A stretch of 61,089 nt of DNA, filler included. It is 6 parts of 6 records of this genome, joined end to end, with 100 filler letters (N's around TTAATTAATTAA, not from the genome) between each part and the next. Parts side by side here need not be neighbours in the genome. Positions count along the whole stretch, not along the records: positions 18,700 to 29,183 come from SRR31147125_43254; positions 29,284 to 45,144 come from SRR31147125_43295; 4 more parts are not named here. One strand, given 5' to 3'. Of this stretch, positions 21,601 to 31,167 are shown piece by piece. A model generated the notes under the pieces. It was not told where the DNA came from. It searched no databases and was given only the letters and a program-made list of their open reading frames with translations. The position numbers and the translations under genes are program-made. Every line of letters begins with the position of its first letter. Positions within the stretch are counted from its first letter, which is position 1.

Positions 21601-23532
21601 ACTGAAGGAAATGGTCTGTTTTACGGAGAATCTTCCAAAATAATAAGAACTGATTACGCTGGTTATGCATCGGCACAGTTTGTACTGGCCAAGGAATTAG
21701 GAACAAATCGTGCAACTGTCCTGGCTAACGGATTAAGTGGATCACCGGTTTCTTTTGCAGCCCAGGGTACAGTTGGTGAAGCTGCCAGATTACAGTATGT
21801 TCAGGGTGATAGTCAAACTGTTGAGGTGAACTCGCAGTTACCATTAGCTTTGAAAGTACAGGTGACAGATTTTTATGGTAATGGCATTGGCAGTTATCCC
21901 GTGCTTTTTAATATTATTGAGGGAGAAGCTCAATTCCTGGAGAATCAACAACAAATCACAGATACAAATGGATTCGCCTCAATCTCAATGCAACTGGGTC
22001 ATACAGCAGGTCCGGTTATTGTCGAAGCTCAGGCACTGGATCTTCTCGATTCAAGCGTTCAATTTTCTCTGGAAGCCACTGCTTCTATAGCTGCATCATT
22101 GGCTCTCTATTCCGGTTCGGATCAAAAAGGTACAATTAACCGGGCATTGCCATTCCCGTTAAAAGTTATTGTTAAAGATATCCATAATAATCCGGTATCG
22201 AATGTCGTCGTGAATTGGAACATCACAAATGGTGGTGGAAGTCTGAGCGGCGGTACAATGACAACAACGAATGAAAAGGGAATTGCTGAAAATAAGCTTA
22301 TTTTAGGGTCTGATGTGGGTGAAAATACGGTTTATGCTTTTAATACAGGTTTTCAGGTATCGCCTGTGCTGTTCTCAGCCCAGGGCGTTGAAAACAAATT
22401 TCCGTTGTTTAGTCAAGTTGGAGATAAAGTCATAAATGAGAATCAGACACTGATTTTTAATCTGAACGCCACAGATGATGATGGTGATCCTGTTACTTAT
22501 GGTGTGCTGGATCTACCGGAGGGCGCTGACTTTGATTCTCTTGGAAACCGTCAATTCAGTTGGACACCAGATTTTAGCCAGTCTGGAGAATATGAGGTTA
22601 CATTTTTAGCTTTTGATAACAGAGATGGGGTGGGTGCTGAAATTGTGACTATTACAGTAAACAATATGAATCATGCACCACAGATCGACAGCTACAGTCC
22701 TTCGGAGAATTACCTGGCGATTTATCAGAGTGAAAATGATGTTATTCATTTCAGTGTTTCCGCTTCTGATATTGATAACGAACCAATCAGTTATTACTGG
22801 ACCCAAACAACTCTTGGAGAAACACTGGTTGTATCGAAAAAGAATTATTTTGACTTGACAGCTGTGGAAAATCTGAACGCACCTCATATAATTACAGTAC
22901 ATGTGACAGACGGTACTGATACTGCTGAGAAAACGTGGAATATTGATATTATGACTCTTGTGGAACTTGTCAGCTTTACAGCAGAGGTTGATCAATATAA
23001 AGGTATCAAGCTTGAATGGCAGACCAGTTCTGAAACGAATAATATCGGATTTAACGTTTACAAAAGTCAGAGTAGAGAAGGTATTTATGAAAAGATTAAT
23101 GATGTGCTTGTGCCCAGCAGGGATAATATGATGTACTATTATTACGATAACAGCGTTCAATCCGGGCAAACATACTATTATAAATTGGAAGATGTCAGTA
23201 AATATGGTGTTACTGTTCAACATGAACCAATCAAAATAGAAATGAGTGTTCCCAGAGAATATCAATTGCTGCAAAATTATCCGAATCCTTTTAATCCATC
23301 TACGACGATTAATTTTCAGATTCCGGTAACAGCACAGGTATCTTTAAAGATATATAATATAAATGGTCAGCAAGTCAGAACGTTAATAGAAAACGTGAGA
23401 CCAGCTGGTTATTATGCAAGTGTTTGGGATGGTAGAAATAACAACGGCATTAAGGTGCCATCAGGTATCTATTTCTATTCACTTCAGACCGAGGGTTTTA
23501 CTCAAACAAAACGAATGCTGTTGATAAAATAA
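18700..23532 (+). CDS. Giant surface protein with tandem Big_1/invasin-like Ig repeats and C-terminal FlgD/T9SS-type sorting domain (5'-truncated)
   Basis: Frame is open from the contig start. About ten ~100-110 aa repeats start with SG(N/D)xQxG and contain V.V.D..GNP, TD..G.A, LTLG and GSP..F.A. These are followed by cadherin/He_PIG-like domains, VELVSFTA, and LLQNYPNPFNPSTTI...WDGRN...SGIYFY...TKRMLLIK. Confidence 0.9.
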   Translation, partial: SGTLSKTDVTTNAEGTALTFLTLATDVDTNKVKASSVGLQGSPIEFIALANSGIANKIVYVSGNNQTGTVRSPLLDPIVVKILDNVDQAVANHKVIFEVKTGGGKIEGETTKEVFTDQNGLAQVSWTLGEILATTEGINTIEASAINGSSALTNSPVEFTATAVVPKIEIVSGNGQSGAAGEPLNEPFVVRVTDRNGNPYVGQKVTFSITKGQGHIDGNSSVDVVTGEDGRASIVLTLGPADGQLNEVIVSSHVDGVSLDGSTLIFQASSGEVTDLVSVSGNNQSGSAGQPLPDPFKVRVLNNFNMPVKNYSVTFSVTEGGGTIAETTEKVVQTDDNGYASAILTLGTTPGQTNKVSVRAVNGGTDLTGSPLEFQAVSSRIKEIKMVAGDSQVGTVGMPLSMPFKVKVMDELGKSPNGFPVTFVVTDGNGQLDGETTRTILTDENGHAETILILGALPGSNNNIVTASAVFDGSQVTGSPITFHASGIMGPATELVYVSGDSQKGVVGSNLVEPLKVKVIDNAGNPLNDHPVTFIITGGEGRLDGSSETLITKNTNSDGFAEVIWTLGVENGNTRNSVEASSSYNDAPLEGSPITFTATVLPSTAAEIELISGDSQEGLAGRTLVNPFKVRVTDTNGNGTSGHPVDFRIIAGGGTLDGPVDTAETVVTDENGYAEVLLTLGKQSGIDNIVHASSVNGPENLTGSPIIFTANSKTGAVDPVVSTVVCTPGSLSVDESIGGQITVTLTDSYGNPVQNKIVMLTSSGDDVLEQPSNPTDANGQAFGSVKSTKAGLRLISARNVTDALELANPGQIVFMPLSASDLVQVSGGNQEGNIGTALLDPLTARVTDKYGNAIANFLINFNVLGGGGTIFENQPMYTDSSGEASATFILGRDTGVNNLAEARVEGLNNSSVLFMASVTDNSAQKLSRVSGNGQNGSAGFVLPEPFIVKVTDENNKPIWNFPVEFEVTEGNGLFYGESSKIIRTDYAGYASAQFVLAKELGTNRATVLANGLSGSPVSFAAQGTVGEAARLQYVQGDSQTVEVNSQLPLALKVQVTDFYGNGIGSYPVLFNIIEGEAQFLENQQQITDTNGFASISMQLGHTAGPVIVEAQALDLLDSSVQFSLEATASIAASLALYSGSDQKGTINRALPFPLKVIVKDIHNNPVSNVVVNWNITNGGGSLSGGTMTTTNEKGIAENKLILGSDVGENTVYAFNTGFQVSPVLFSAQGVENKFPLFSQVGDKVINENQTLIFNLNATDDDGDPVTYGVLDLPEGADFDSLGNRQFSWTPDFSQSGEYEVTFLAFDNRDGVGAEIVTITVNNMNHAPQIDSYSPSENYLAIYQSENDVIHFSVSASDIDNEPISYYWTQTTLGETLVVSKKNYFDLTAVENLNAPHIITVHVTDGTDTAEKTWNIDIMTLVELVSFTAEVDQYKGIKLEWQTSSETNNIGFNVYKSQSREGIYEKINDVLVPSRDNMMYYYYDNSVQSGQTYYYKLEDVSKYGVTVQHEPIKIEMSVPREYQLLQNYPNPFNPSTTINFQIPVTAQVSLKIYNINGQQVRTLIENVRPAGYYASVWDGRNNNGIKVPSGIYFYSLQTEGFTQTKRMLLIK

Positions 23533-23598
23533 AATCGAGAGTACTTTATAAATAATCGACCAGGGAGAAGATCTTTGGGAGATTAATTGGTTTAAATT

Positions 23599-23644
23599 AA
23601 AAGCCGTAAAAGATGAAAAACGGATATCTTTTGCGGCTTTTTTT
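23599..23644 (+). terminator. Intrinsic terminator (likely bidirectional)
   Basis: AAAAGCCGTAAAAGAT...ATCTTTTGCGGCTTTT stem followed by T run. Confidence 0.7.
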
Positions 23645-23748
23645 ATATGTTTAATGTGCCGAATTTGAAAAAGTGGATTGTTTAAATGATTTACGGATCT
23701 CCCCTAAAACACAGAAAATATGTTTAGACTTAATATGACGTTATGATA

Positions 23749-24714
23749 TTATTTTCCGGCATTTATGATCAGGAATGTCAGATATGCTATATAGAAAACA
23801 ATAAAAATGATTCCTTCCCATCTGTCCAGTGAGCGTCTTTTACCGGTAAACATGTATGCGAAAAGTAAAATGGTAGAAAAAATGACCACGCCGATATCAA
23901 TATTAGATTCTGGGTGCAGGGAAATCGGTTTGATAATAGAATTGACGCCAAGAACGAGAAAAATATTAAATATATTGGATCCTACCACATTTCCCACGGC
24001 AATTTCGACTTTTTTCCTGGTAGCCGCAATAATCGATGTGGCCAACTCGGGAAGGGATGTACCAATGGCGACGATGGTTAAACCAACAAAAGATTCACTG
24101 ATACCAAAGCTTAATGCAATATAGACGGCACCGTCCACAATCCATTTGCCTCCCAAACCAAGTCCAGCCAGACCTGTCAGAACAAGCGAAATTGATTTAA
24201 ATGTATTGATTTGATCACCAGGAACAAAGTCTTCCATTCCGTCAATTTTTTTTGCAATGCTAACGGAATAGTACATGAATATGATGAAAAACGAGAGTAA
24301 TATCAATCCATCTATTCTTGTTAACGCTGAAAAAGGTGCCTGATCAATATAGCGGTCGTTTGCCAATATCCCCAGAACTAGTGCTGCCAGGAGACTGAAT
24401 GGAATGCCTTTCCAAACAGTGCCTTTTGTCACATTTAGCGGAAAGATGATGGAGGCAACACCGAGAATCAGCAATATATTCGATATATTGCTTCCTAAAA
24501 TATTACCAACAGTGATATCTGCGCTTCCTTTTAGGCTGGCAATAATACTGACAAACAATTCTGGAGAAGATGTCCCAAAGGCCACGACCGTTAATCCAAT
24601 AACGAGATCGGAGATATTGTATTTTTTCGCCAGTGCAGATGCCCCTTTGACGAGAATGTCAGCGCCCTTGATAAGAAGAAAAAATCCCAAAACAAGCAAT
24701 ATATAAGATAACAT
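23749..24714 (-). CDS. Calcium/sodium antiporter (YrbG family)
   Basis: GLTVVAFGTSSPEL...GNILGSNISN and GLTIVAIGTSLPEL...GNVVGSNIFN alpha repeats. Confidence 0.95.
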   Translation of the reverse strand: MLSYILLVLGFFLLIKGADILVKGASALAKKYNISDLVIGLTVVAFGTSSPELFVSIIASLKGSADITVGNILGSNISNILLILGVASIIFPLNVTKGTVWKGIPFSLLAALVLGILANDRYIDQAPFSALTRIDGLILLSFFIIFMYYSVSIAKKIDGMEDFVPGDQINTFKSISLVLTGLAGLGLGGKWIVDGAVYIALSFGISESFVGLTIVAIGTSLPELATSIIAATRKKVEIAVGNVVGSNIFNIFLVLGVNSIIKPISLHPESNIDIGVVIFSTILLFAYMFTGKRRSLDRWEGIIFIVFYIAYLTFLIINAGK

Positions 24715-24949
24715 GATAATGTCCGCATTTAATTATCCGGTTCACATTAGATATCTAAAATTTAAATAATATAATGATTTTTGTTTTATTTTAAAGTGTA
24801 TGAATTGATTTTTTAAATCAACTTAAACATTTAGGACTATTGTATTATGCCCGAAAAAAGATGTTTGATAATTGATTGTACTATTGTGAAAAATCGAACA
24901 ATTAAAAACGGATTTCTCAGAAAAAAAATAAAAAAAAGTAATTTTTTTC

Positions 24950-24994
24950 TTGCATGTCACCAGATGGTTACTTATATTGTCACCAGGTGGTGAA
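24950..24994 (+). promoter_or_regulatory. Sigma70-type promoter with two tandem palindromic TetR operators
   Basis: TTGCAT(24950-55)-N17-TATATT(24973-78). GTCACCAGATGGTTAC (24956-71) fills the spacer and GTCACCAGGTGGTGAA (24979-94) covers the start-site region. Confidence 0.7.
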
Positions 24995-25014
24995 TTAAAA
25001 AAAGAGGTGATAGA

Positions 25015-25635
25015 ATGCAACGAAATAAAGACCTGACCAAACAAAAATTAATAGATGCTGTTGGTGAGCTCATTCTTGAACAGGGTTTCAGAGGGATTGG
25101 TATTAATGCCATTTCCAAACAGGCTGGTGTAGATAAGGTGCTTATTTACCGGTATTTTGAGAATCTAAACGGTTTGTTAAAAGCATATGTATTACAGGAA
25201 GATTTTTTTAGTAAAGTGGATAATTTAGTCACTTTGGATCATGATATTACCAGTAAGGCTGAATTTGTCGAAATTGCCAAAAAATTGTTCCTCGGACAGT
25301 TGCGTTATTTACGACAAAATAAAAAACTTCAGGAATTTTTATTGTGGGAGCTTGAAGAAATTAATGAAGTGACAGTCGAGGTAGGCAGACGCCGGGAGGA
25401 ACAAGGAGTGAACATATTGAACAGGTTAAAAGAAAAGGTCGATTTTGCCAAGGTTGATATACCCGCTATCAGCAATATTATTATCAGTGGTATATATTAT
25501 CTGGTATTACGTTCACGAACTATGGAGTATTTCAGTGGAATTTCCATACAATCAGAGGAAGGTTGGTTGAGAATAGAAAATGCCATATCCATGCTTGTGG
25601 AGCTGGTTGCCGAGACTGCCTTTAAAGAAAATTAA
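25015..25635 (+). CDS. TetR/AcrR family transcriptional regulator
   Basis: TKQKLIDAVGELILEQGFRGIGINAISKQAGVDKVLIYRYF HTH. Confidence 0.95.
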   Translation: MQRNKDLTKQKLIDAVGELILEQGFRGIGINAISKQAGVDKVLIYRYFENLNGLLKAYVLQEDFFSKVDNLVTLDHDITSKAEFVEIAKKLFLGQLRYLRQNKKLQEFLLWELEEINEVTVEVGRRREEQGVNILNRLKEKVDFAKVDIPAISNIIISGIYYLVLRSRTMEYFSGISIQSEEGWLRIENAISMLVELVAETAFKEN

Positions 25636-25662
25636 ATATATTATTAAACAAGGATTTATGTC

Positions 25663-26241
25663 ATGAAAAAAAATGTAAAAGTAGTAGCGATGTTATCAAC
25701 TGTTTTAATTATACTCTTAATGCCCTTACAAGGGAAATCCCAGGAAGTTTCACCAAATAAAGTGATTGTCGGAACTGAACTCGACCTGTTGCCCTACATT
25801 ACCGGGGGATATTATGGTTCTCTCGTCCTTGGCTATGATTGCTGGCGTGTACGCGGTATTGTTACCCGAACATCCCCGCCCGAATTTGTTGTGGCAGATG
25901 GTTTTAATGATTACGAACTAGAAGTGAAGGCTTTTCTGATTGACCGATTTTTCGGAAAAAGTGCCTCCAGTCTTGAAGGTTTTTGGGTAGGTGCGGGAAT
26001 GGAATTCTGGAAGCATGAAGCAAAAAACAAGTTAGATGGTGTAGTGGGTAACTTTAATAGCACAGTCGCAACATTAGGAGCCGGATATGTGTGGTCTTTT
26101 AACAAGCATTTTTATCTCAATCCATGGGCTGCTGTTCATGTAATCGTTGGCGGAGACACGGAAAAGGCTATTGGTAATAATGTTTATAAAACGAATACGG
26201 TCACCCCGGAAGCATCGCTGAAATTGGGATGGTATTTTTAA
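25663..26241 (+). CDS. Secreted protein, probable small outer-membrane beta-barrel
   Basis: Signal peptide, alternating aromatic/Gly strands (GFWVGAG, LGAGYVW), C-terminal LKLGWYF. Confidence 0.6.
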   Translation: MKKNVKVVAMLSTVLIILLMPLQGKSQEVSPNKVIVGTELDLLPYITGGYYGSLVLGYDCWRVRGIVTRTSPPEFVVADGFNDYELEVKAFLIDRFFGKSASSLEGFWVGAGMEFWKHEAKNKLDGVVGNFNSTVATLGAGYVWSFNKHFYLNPWAAVHVIVGGDTEKAIGNNVYKTNTVTPEASLKLGWYF

Positions 26242-26262
26242 TTAAATTAGAGAAAGATAGAA

Positions 26263-27392
26263 ATGATGAATAATTCCAGAAGAGATTTTATCGTTCAGAG
26301 CGGTAAAGTGATGATACTGATGTCTGGCGCTATGATGTTCAACCAATGTGGCGCACAGATTCGCTCAAACGTGAAGCAAATGGAGAATGAAAGTTTGAAA
26401 AGTGGGAAACTGAAAACACAACAATATGATATATTACGATATGCGTCGCTGGCACCTAATTCGCATAATTCGCAACCATGGATTGTGAAAATAAAAACTC
26501 CGGACCATTGGATATTAGCTACTGACCAAACCCGCTGGTTACCGGGTGTTGATCCGGAAAATCGTGAACTTTTACTTTCATTAGGCACATTTTTGGAGAA
26601 TTTAACAATTGCCGCAGAGCATTATGGTTATCAGGTCTCCACCAACGTTTTAGCGAGTTCAAGATTTGATACGGATATTGCCGAGATTAACCTACAAAAA
26701 GCAGATGCCAAAGAATATCCTTTAAAACGGTTAGAGTTGCGGCGAACATTAAGAAGTCACTATCTTGATACGGACATCAAGAAAGAGGATCTGGATTTTA
26801 TAATGGGTGATTCCTCAGATCAAATTCACTATTTCGGTACCCAAACGGGTGCCGGGAAATGGTTGCAGGAGGCCACTATCGAAGCAAACCGGGTGCAGGC
26901 TTGTCGGGATAATGCTCAGGAAGAACTGGCTGACTGGATCAGATGGAAGGAAAAAGATGCTCGAAAAACAAAGATGGACTCACACCTGCGAGCATGGAGA
27001 TGGGTGGATTCGCGAGCTGGTTTGTCCGGCATTTTTATAATTGTGAATCAGTTCTGTCATCTGGTTTTCGGGAAAAAACAGTTGAAATGGTGCAAAAACA
27101 GGTTCATCAGGGTGGTGGCTGGTTGGTTATGACCAGTCCCAATTCGGATATCTCAACATTGCTGGATACCGGCCGGACCTTCGAAAAAATGTGTCTCAAG
27201 CTCAGAGAACGCAACCTGGCTGTTCATCCGATGACCCAGATACTTGAAGAAACTCCATTCATGAATGAAGTAAAAAAGTCAATAGGCATTCAGGAGAATA
27301 TTCAATTCGTACTGAGGATTGGCTATGTCAAAGATTATCCGAATCCTGTCAGTTTGCGCCGACCGGTAGATTGGTTTGTGCAGGCAATATGA
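26263..27392 (+). CDS. Tat-signal Acg-type FMN-binding nitroreductase, split by apparent indel in A run near 26965
   Basis: SRRDFI twin-arginine; YASLAPNSHNSQPW; VDPENRELLLSLGTFLENL; second frame LAVHPMTQILE, QFVLRIGY, SLRRPV. Confidence 0.85.
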
Positions 27393-27540
27393 AAGAAATA
27401 TATTAAAATATGAAGAGACTTTGATTTATTATAATAAAAAAAAGTATTATCTTGTTCAAAGTATTTATGTTTATGAAAAACAAATATAAAGTTTAATATC
27501 CATAACCGTGATATGCTTTGTACAAGAGGAGGTACCTAAA

Positions 27541-29157
27541 ATGAAATCCTGGTTAGGCACTGTTTTAGTATCCAGTTTAGTATTTATATTTTTTGTGGGC
27601 TGTTCCAATGATCTCAAGTATGACATTGTCATTTATGGTGGCACTTCATCCGGCGTCATGGCGGCAGTACAGGCTAAACGAATGAGTAAGACTGTCATAA
27701 TCGTGTGTCCTGACAAACATCTGGGCGGTTTAACAGCAGGAGGATTGGGGTGGACCGATTCCGGTAAAAAGGAGGTTGTAGGTGGGCTGGCTCGGGAGTA
27801 TTATCAACGATTAAAAAAATATTATGATGGTCCTGACGCCTGGAAGTATCAGAAACCGGAAGAATATTCACGTTATGATAAAAATTCGGATGCCATGTGG
27901 GTATTTGAGCCACATGTGGCTGAGGAATATTTCGAAGAATTTATAGCGGAATACAATATCCCTGTCCACCGGAAGGAATTCCTGAACAGGCAGGATGGTG
28001 TAAAAAAAGAAGGAAACAGAATTGTATCCATTACAACTCTTGATGGAAAAAGTTATTCAGGCAACATGTTTATAGATGCAACCTACGAAGGTGATTTAAT
28101 GGCCACTGCCGGTGTGAGTTATTTTGTCGGGCGGGAAGCCAACAGCACATATGGAGAGACTCTGAACGGTGTGCAAAAGAATCATGCACTTAAACATCAA
28201 TTTGATTATCCTGTGAGCGCCTTTGTTGTGCCTGGAAATCCCAATAGTGGCCTTTTACCAAATATTCATAATGAAAATCCTGGTGAAGATGGGCAAGGCG
28301 ATAAGAGAATACAAGCCTATAATTTCCGTATGTGTTTAACCACAGTACCGGAGAATATCATTCCGTTTCCAAAGCCGGCCAATTACGATCCAATGAATTA
28401 TGAACTTTTAGCCCGGTATCTGGATAAAGGGTGGCGCCAGGTTTTTAACAAATTTGATCCGGCTCCCAACTGGAAAACAGATACCAATAATCATGGTGCT
28501 TTTTCGACAGATTATATTGGCATGAATTATGATTATCCGGAAGGCAGTTATGAACGACGACAGGAGATCATTAAAGAGCATGAGGATTACCAAAAAGGCT
28601 TGATGTGGTTTCTGGCTTATGATCCCCGTGTTCCTCAGGATGTACGTGAAAAAATGAGCAAATGGGGATTGGCTAAAGATGAGTTTGTGGATAATGGTCA
28701 CTGGCCTCACCAGATATACGTCCGTGAGTCCAGGAGAATGGTGAGTGATTTCGTGATGACCGAATTGCATTTACGTGGTATCAAACCAACACCACACTCT
28801 ATTGGTATGGGCTCCTATAATATGGATTCTCACAATGTTCAGCGTTATGTGGATGAAAAAGGTTTTGCCCGCAATGAAGGTGATATACAGGTCAATCCCG
28901 GTGGACCTTATCCTGTTTCTTATGGTGCCATCATTCCCAAAGAGTCAGAGTGTGCCAACCTGTTGGTGCCCGTATGTGTCTCCGCATCACATATTGCTTA
29001 TGGATCCATTCGCATGGAACCTGTTTTTATGGTTTTGGGGCAATCGGCAGCTACGGCTGCGGTTCTGGCAATTGAAAATGATATAAATGTTCAAAAAGTA
29101 GATTATGAAAAGTTGAAAGACAGATTAGTTGCGGACAAGCAAATTCTTGTATACTAA
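27541..29157 (+). CDS. FAD-dependent oxidoreductase (FAD_oxidored family), probable lipoprotein
   Basis: GAGGAGG RBS before ATG 27541; lipobox-like FVGC; DIVIYGGTSSGVMAA, FIDATYEGDL, YVRESRR, SASHIAYGSIRMEP. Confidence 0.9.
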   Translation: MKSWLGTVLVSSLVFIFFVGCSNDLKYDIVIYGGTSSGVMAAVQAKRMSKTVIIVCPDKHLGGLTAGGLGWTDSGKKEVVGGLAREYYQRLKKYYDGPDAWKYQKPEEYSRYDKNSDAMWVFEPHVAEEYFEEFIAEYNIPVHRKEFLNRQDGVKKEGNRIVSITTLDGKSYSGNMFIDATYEGDLMATAGVSYFVGREANSTYGETLNGVQKNHALKHQFDYPVSAFVVPGNPNSGLLPNIHNENPGEDGQGDKRIQAYNFRMCLTTVPENIIPFPKPANYDPMNYELLARYLDKGWRQVFNKFDPAPNWKTDTNNHGAFSTDYIGMNYDYPEGSYERRQEIIKEHEDYQKGLMWFLAYDPRVPQDVREKMSKWGLAKDEFVDNGHWPHQIYVRESRRMVSDFVMTELHLRGIKPTPHSIGMGSYNMDSHNVQRYVDEKGFARNEGDIQVNPGGPYPVSYGAIIPKESECANLLVPVCVSASHIAYGSIRMEPVFMVLGQSAATAAVLAIENDINVQKVDYEKLKDRLVADKQILVY

Positions 29158-29158
29158 G

Positions 29159-29183
29159 GAACCTCCCGGAGGTTCTAAACCTC
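29159..29183. repeat. REP-like palindromic element, truncated at contig end
   Basis: GAACCTCCCGGAGGTTC hairpin followed by the start of a second unit (AAACCTC) right after the stop codon. Confidence 0.5.
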
Positions 29184-29283
29184 NNNNNNNNNNNNNNNNN
29201 NNNNNNNNNNNNNNNNNNNNNNNNNNNTTAATTAATTAANNNNNNNNNNNNNNNNNNNNNNNNNNNNNNNNNNNNNNNNNNNN
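29184..29283. other. Artificial contig spacer
   Basis: N44 + TTAATTAATTAA + N44. Confidence 0.99.
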
Positions 29284-29458
29284 TTTTTTTGTTTTTTTGA
29301 TCTTCCAGCAGCACCGGCGGGACGGTAACAACACCCAGCCCCAGTCCCTGTTCCGTTTCAACGATGACGTTGTCTCCAACGTGCAGTACAAACGCACCAC
29401 AATCAAAATCATATATTTTTCCGGCAGGTTTGAATCGTATTCCTGCAACTTTGGTCAT
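29284..29458 (-). CDS. ricT: PSP1/RicT (YaaT) family protein, N-terminal fragment
   Basis: MTKVAGIRFKPAGKIYDF...GDNVIVETEQGLGLG; located downstream of holB as is typical. Confidence 0.85.
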
Positions 29459-29498
29459 GAAATCACTCCTGAAAATTATTGATATCTGAATATGAATA

Positions 29499-30742
29499 TC
29501 AGATTTTAGAGGGGGATAAAAGGGACAAAAAAAACTGTTCCAAAATCAATCTTGCAGAGGCATTACTTTGAAGCTTTTTTTCTGTTCCGTGAAGGGTTTC
29601 AAGAAGGGTTAAAGGGGCATTGTTCGGCAATGTTTGGGCAAGGTAAAATAGAGCCTTTTTAAAATCCATGTTCACAAGAAAACGGTCTAAAGATGTGGTC
29701 ACATTTTCTTGAAGGTGCGGCGGTGCCGACTCATTTTCTGATGTTCTACTTCCATGAAAAGCCGTTTTTTTACTATGCTGCCATGAGGCAATCAATGCCA
29801 TGTCTCGAAACCAAAGTTTGATGATAAGAAAAGAATCCTCCAACAGATGCGGCTCTTTACTGAGTTTTTCCGCCATCAGCATGGCTGAATGTTCGGCAAT
29901 TCCTTGGGCCGGTTTCAATAGCTCGAAAAGGCGAGATAGAATCCAATGTCGTCTTTTGATCCAATCTGCTGGAACATCTGATGCAGCGGATTGTTTTAAG
30001 TGCATTCTTTTTTCAGAATGAGGCACGGAACTTTTAGCTGATTGCGTGCTTTTCCACCCCCGTTCTCTTCCCTTGATTTTTCCTCAGCAAGATTTAACAA
30101 CATCATTGCTTTTTTAAATTCACCAGAAGATGTTTTTGCAATAATGGTGGCCTGTTCCTGAGAGATCGTGCAAAGCGCCATCAGACGTTGAACAATTTCG
30201 GAAGTGTGAATCGGTTTGAAGCGAATATGGCGACATCGGGAGATAATGGTTGGCAGCAGTAAGTTCAGATTCGGTGCGAGTAATATGAAAAAAGTTCTTT
30301 CCGGGGGCTCTTCCAGCCGTTTTAATAACGCATTGGCTGCTTCAAGATTCATGGTGTGCGCATCCGAAATAAAAACCATTCGAATGGATGCTTCATGGGG
30401 TTTGACTGAAATTTGATTGGAAAGTTCCCGGATTTGACTGATTTTGATGGAATTTTTTTCCGGTGAAAGTGGGATCATGTCAGGATGCATGGATGCCTCG
30501 ATTTTCATGCAGGACCGACACTGATCACAGGGACAGTCATGTGTTGAGTCGGTTCGGTTGAGGCAGTTCAAACTTTTGAAAAGGTGGATGGCCGCCCTAT
30601 GACGTCCTGATCCTTGAGATCCGGTGAATAGTAGAGCATTGGGGATCTTGGCGGTTTGTATGAGAAGGGCCAGCTCCTCATTTGAATCCGCAGACTTCAT
30701 CAATGATACCGCAGACGGTACAGTGGCAACCTCCTCATCCAT
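29499..30742 (-). CDS. holB: DNA polymerase III delta' subunit, split by apparent indel near 30030-30080
   Basis: PNALLFTG, C..C zinc module (CDQCRSC), HPDM, AANALLKRLEEPP, LLPTIISRC; the C-terminal part (NASARLILE) is in ORF 29499-30026. Confidence 0.9.
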
Positions 30743-30745
30743 GGG

Positions 30746-31021
30746 TTAATAATTCACCCGCTCTTTTAGCTCCTTTCCGCATTTGAAAAATGGGAGTTTT
30801 TTGGGAGGGATGGTGACCTTTTGTCCGGTTTTTGGATTTCTACCGGTATAGCTTTCATACTCTTTAATAAAAAAACTGCACAATCCACGGATTTCAACCC
30901 GTTCTCCTTCAGCAAGAGATTCGGTTAGAGAGTCGAAAAAGGTCTGCACCACTTCAGCTGCTTCGATTTTGGTCAGCCCGGATTTTTTTTTCAATGCGGA
31001 AATCAGCTCGAGTTTGTTCAT
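30746..31021 (-). CDS. ihfB: Integration host factor beta / HU family DNA-binding protein
   Basis: MNKLELI, GERVEIRGLCSF, GRNPKTG, PFFKCGKELKERV. Confidence 0.9.
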   Translation of the reverse strand: MNKLELISALKKKSGLTKIEAAEVVQTFFDSLTESLAEGERVEIRGLCSFFIKEYESYTGRNPKTGQKVTIPPKKLPFFKCGKELKERVNY

Positions 31022-31167
31022 ATATCCTCTTTATTGTTTTCTTTGGGTAGAGGGAATCACTTCATCAGTGAAATACTGGAAAAAGACGATTCGTTTTCGG
31101 CCAAAGTCAATGAATATAAAATAATAAAAATGAGTAATTAACCAAATTTTGACACGAAGTCAAGGGG

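Noticed and set aside
18700-22400. CRISPR array or DNA tandem repeat
   Set aside because: Repetition is only at protein level with diverged DNA; no repeat-spacer array or cas gene was seen anywhere in the window.
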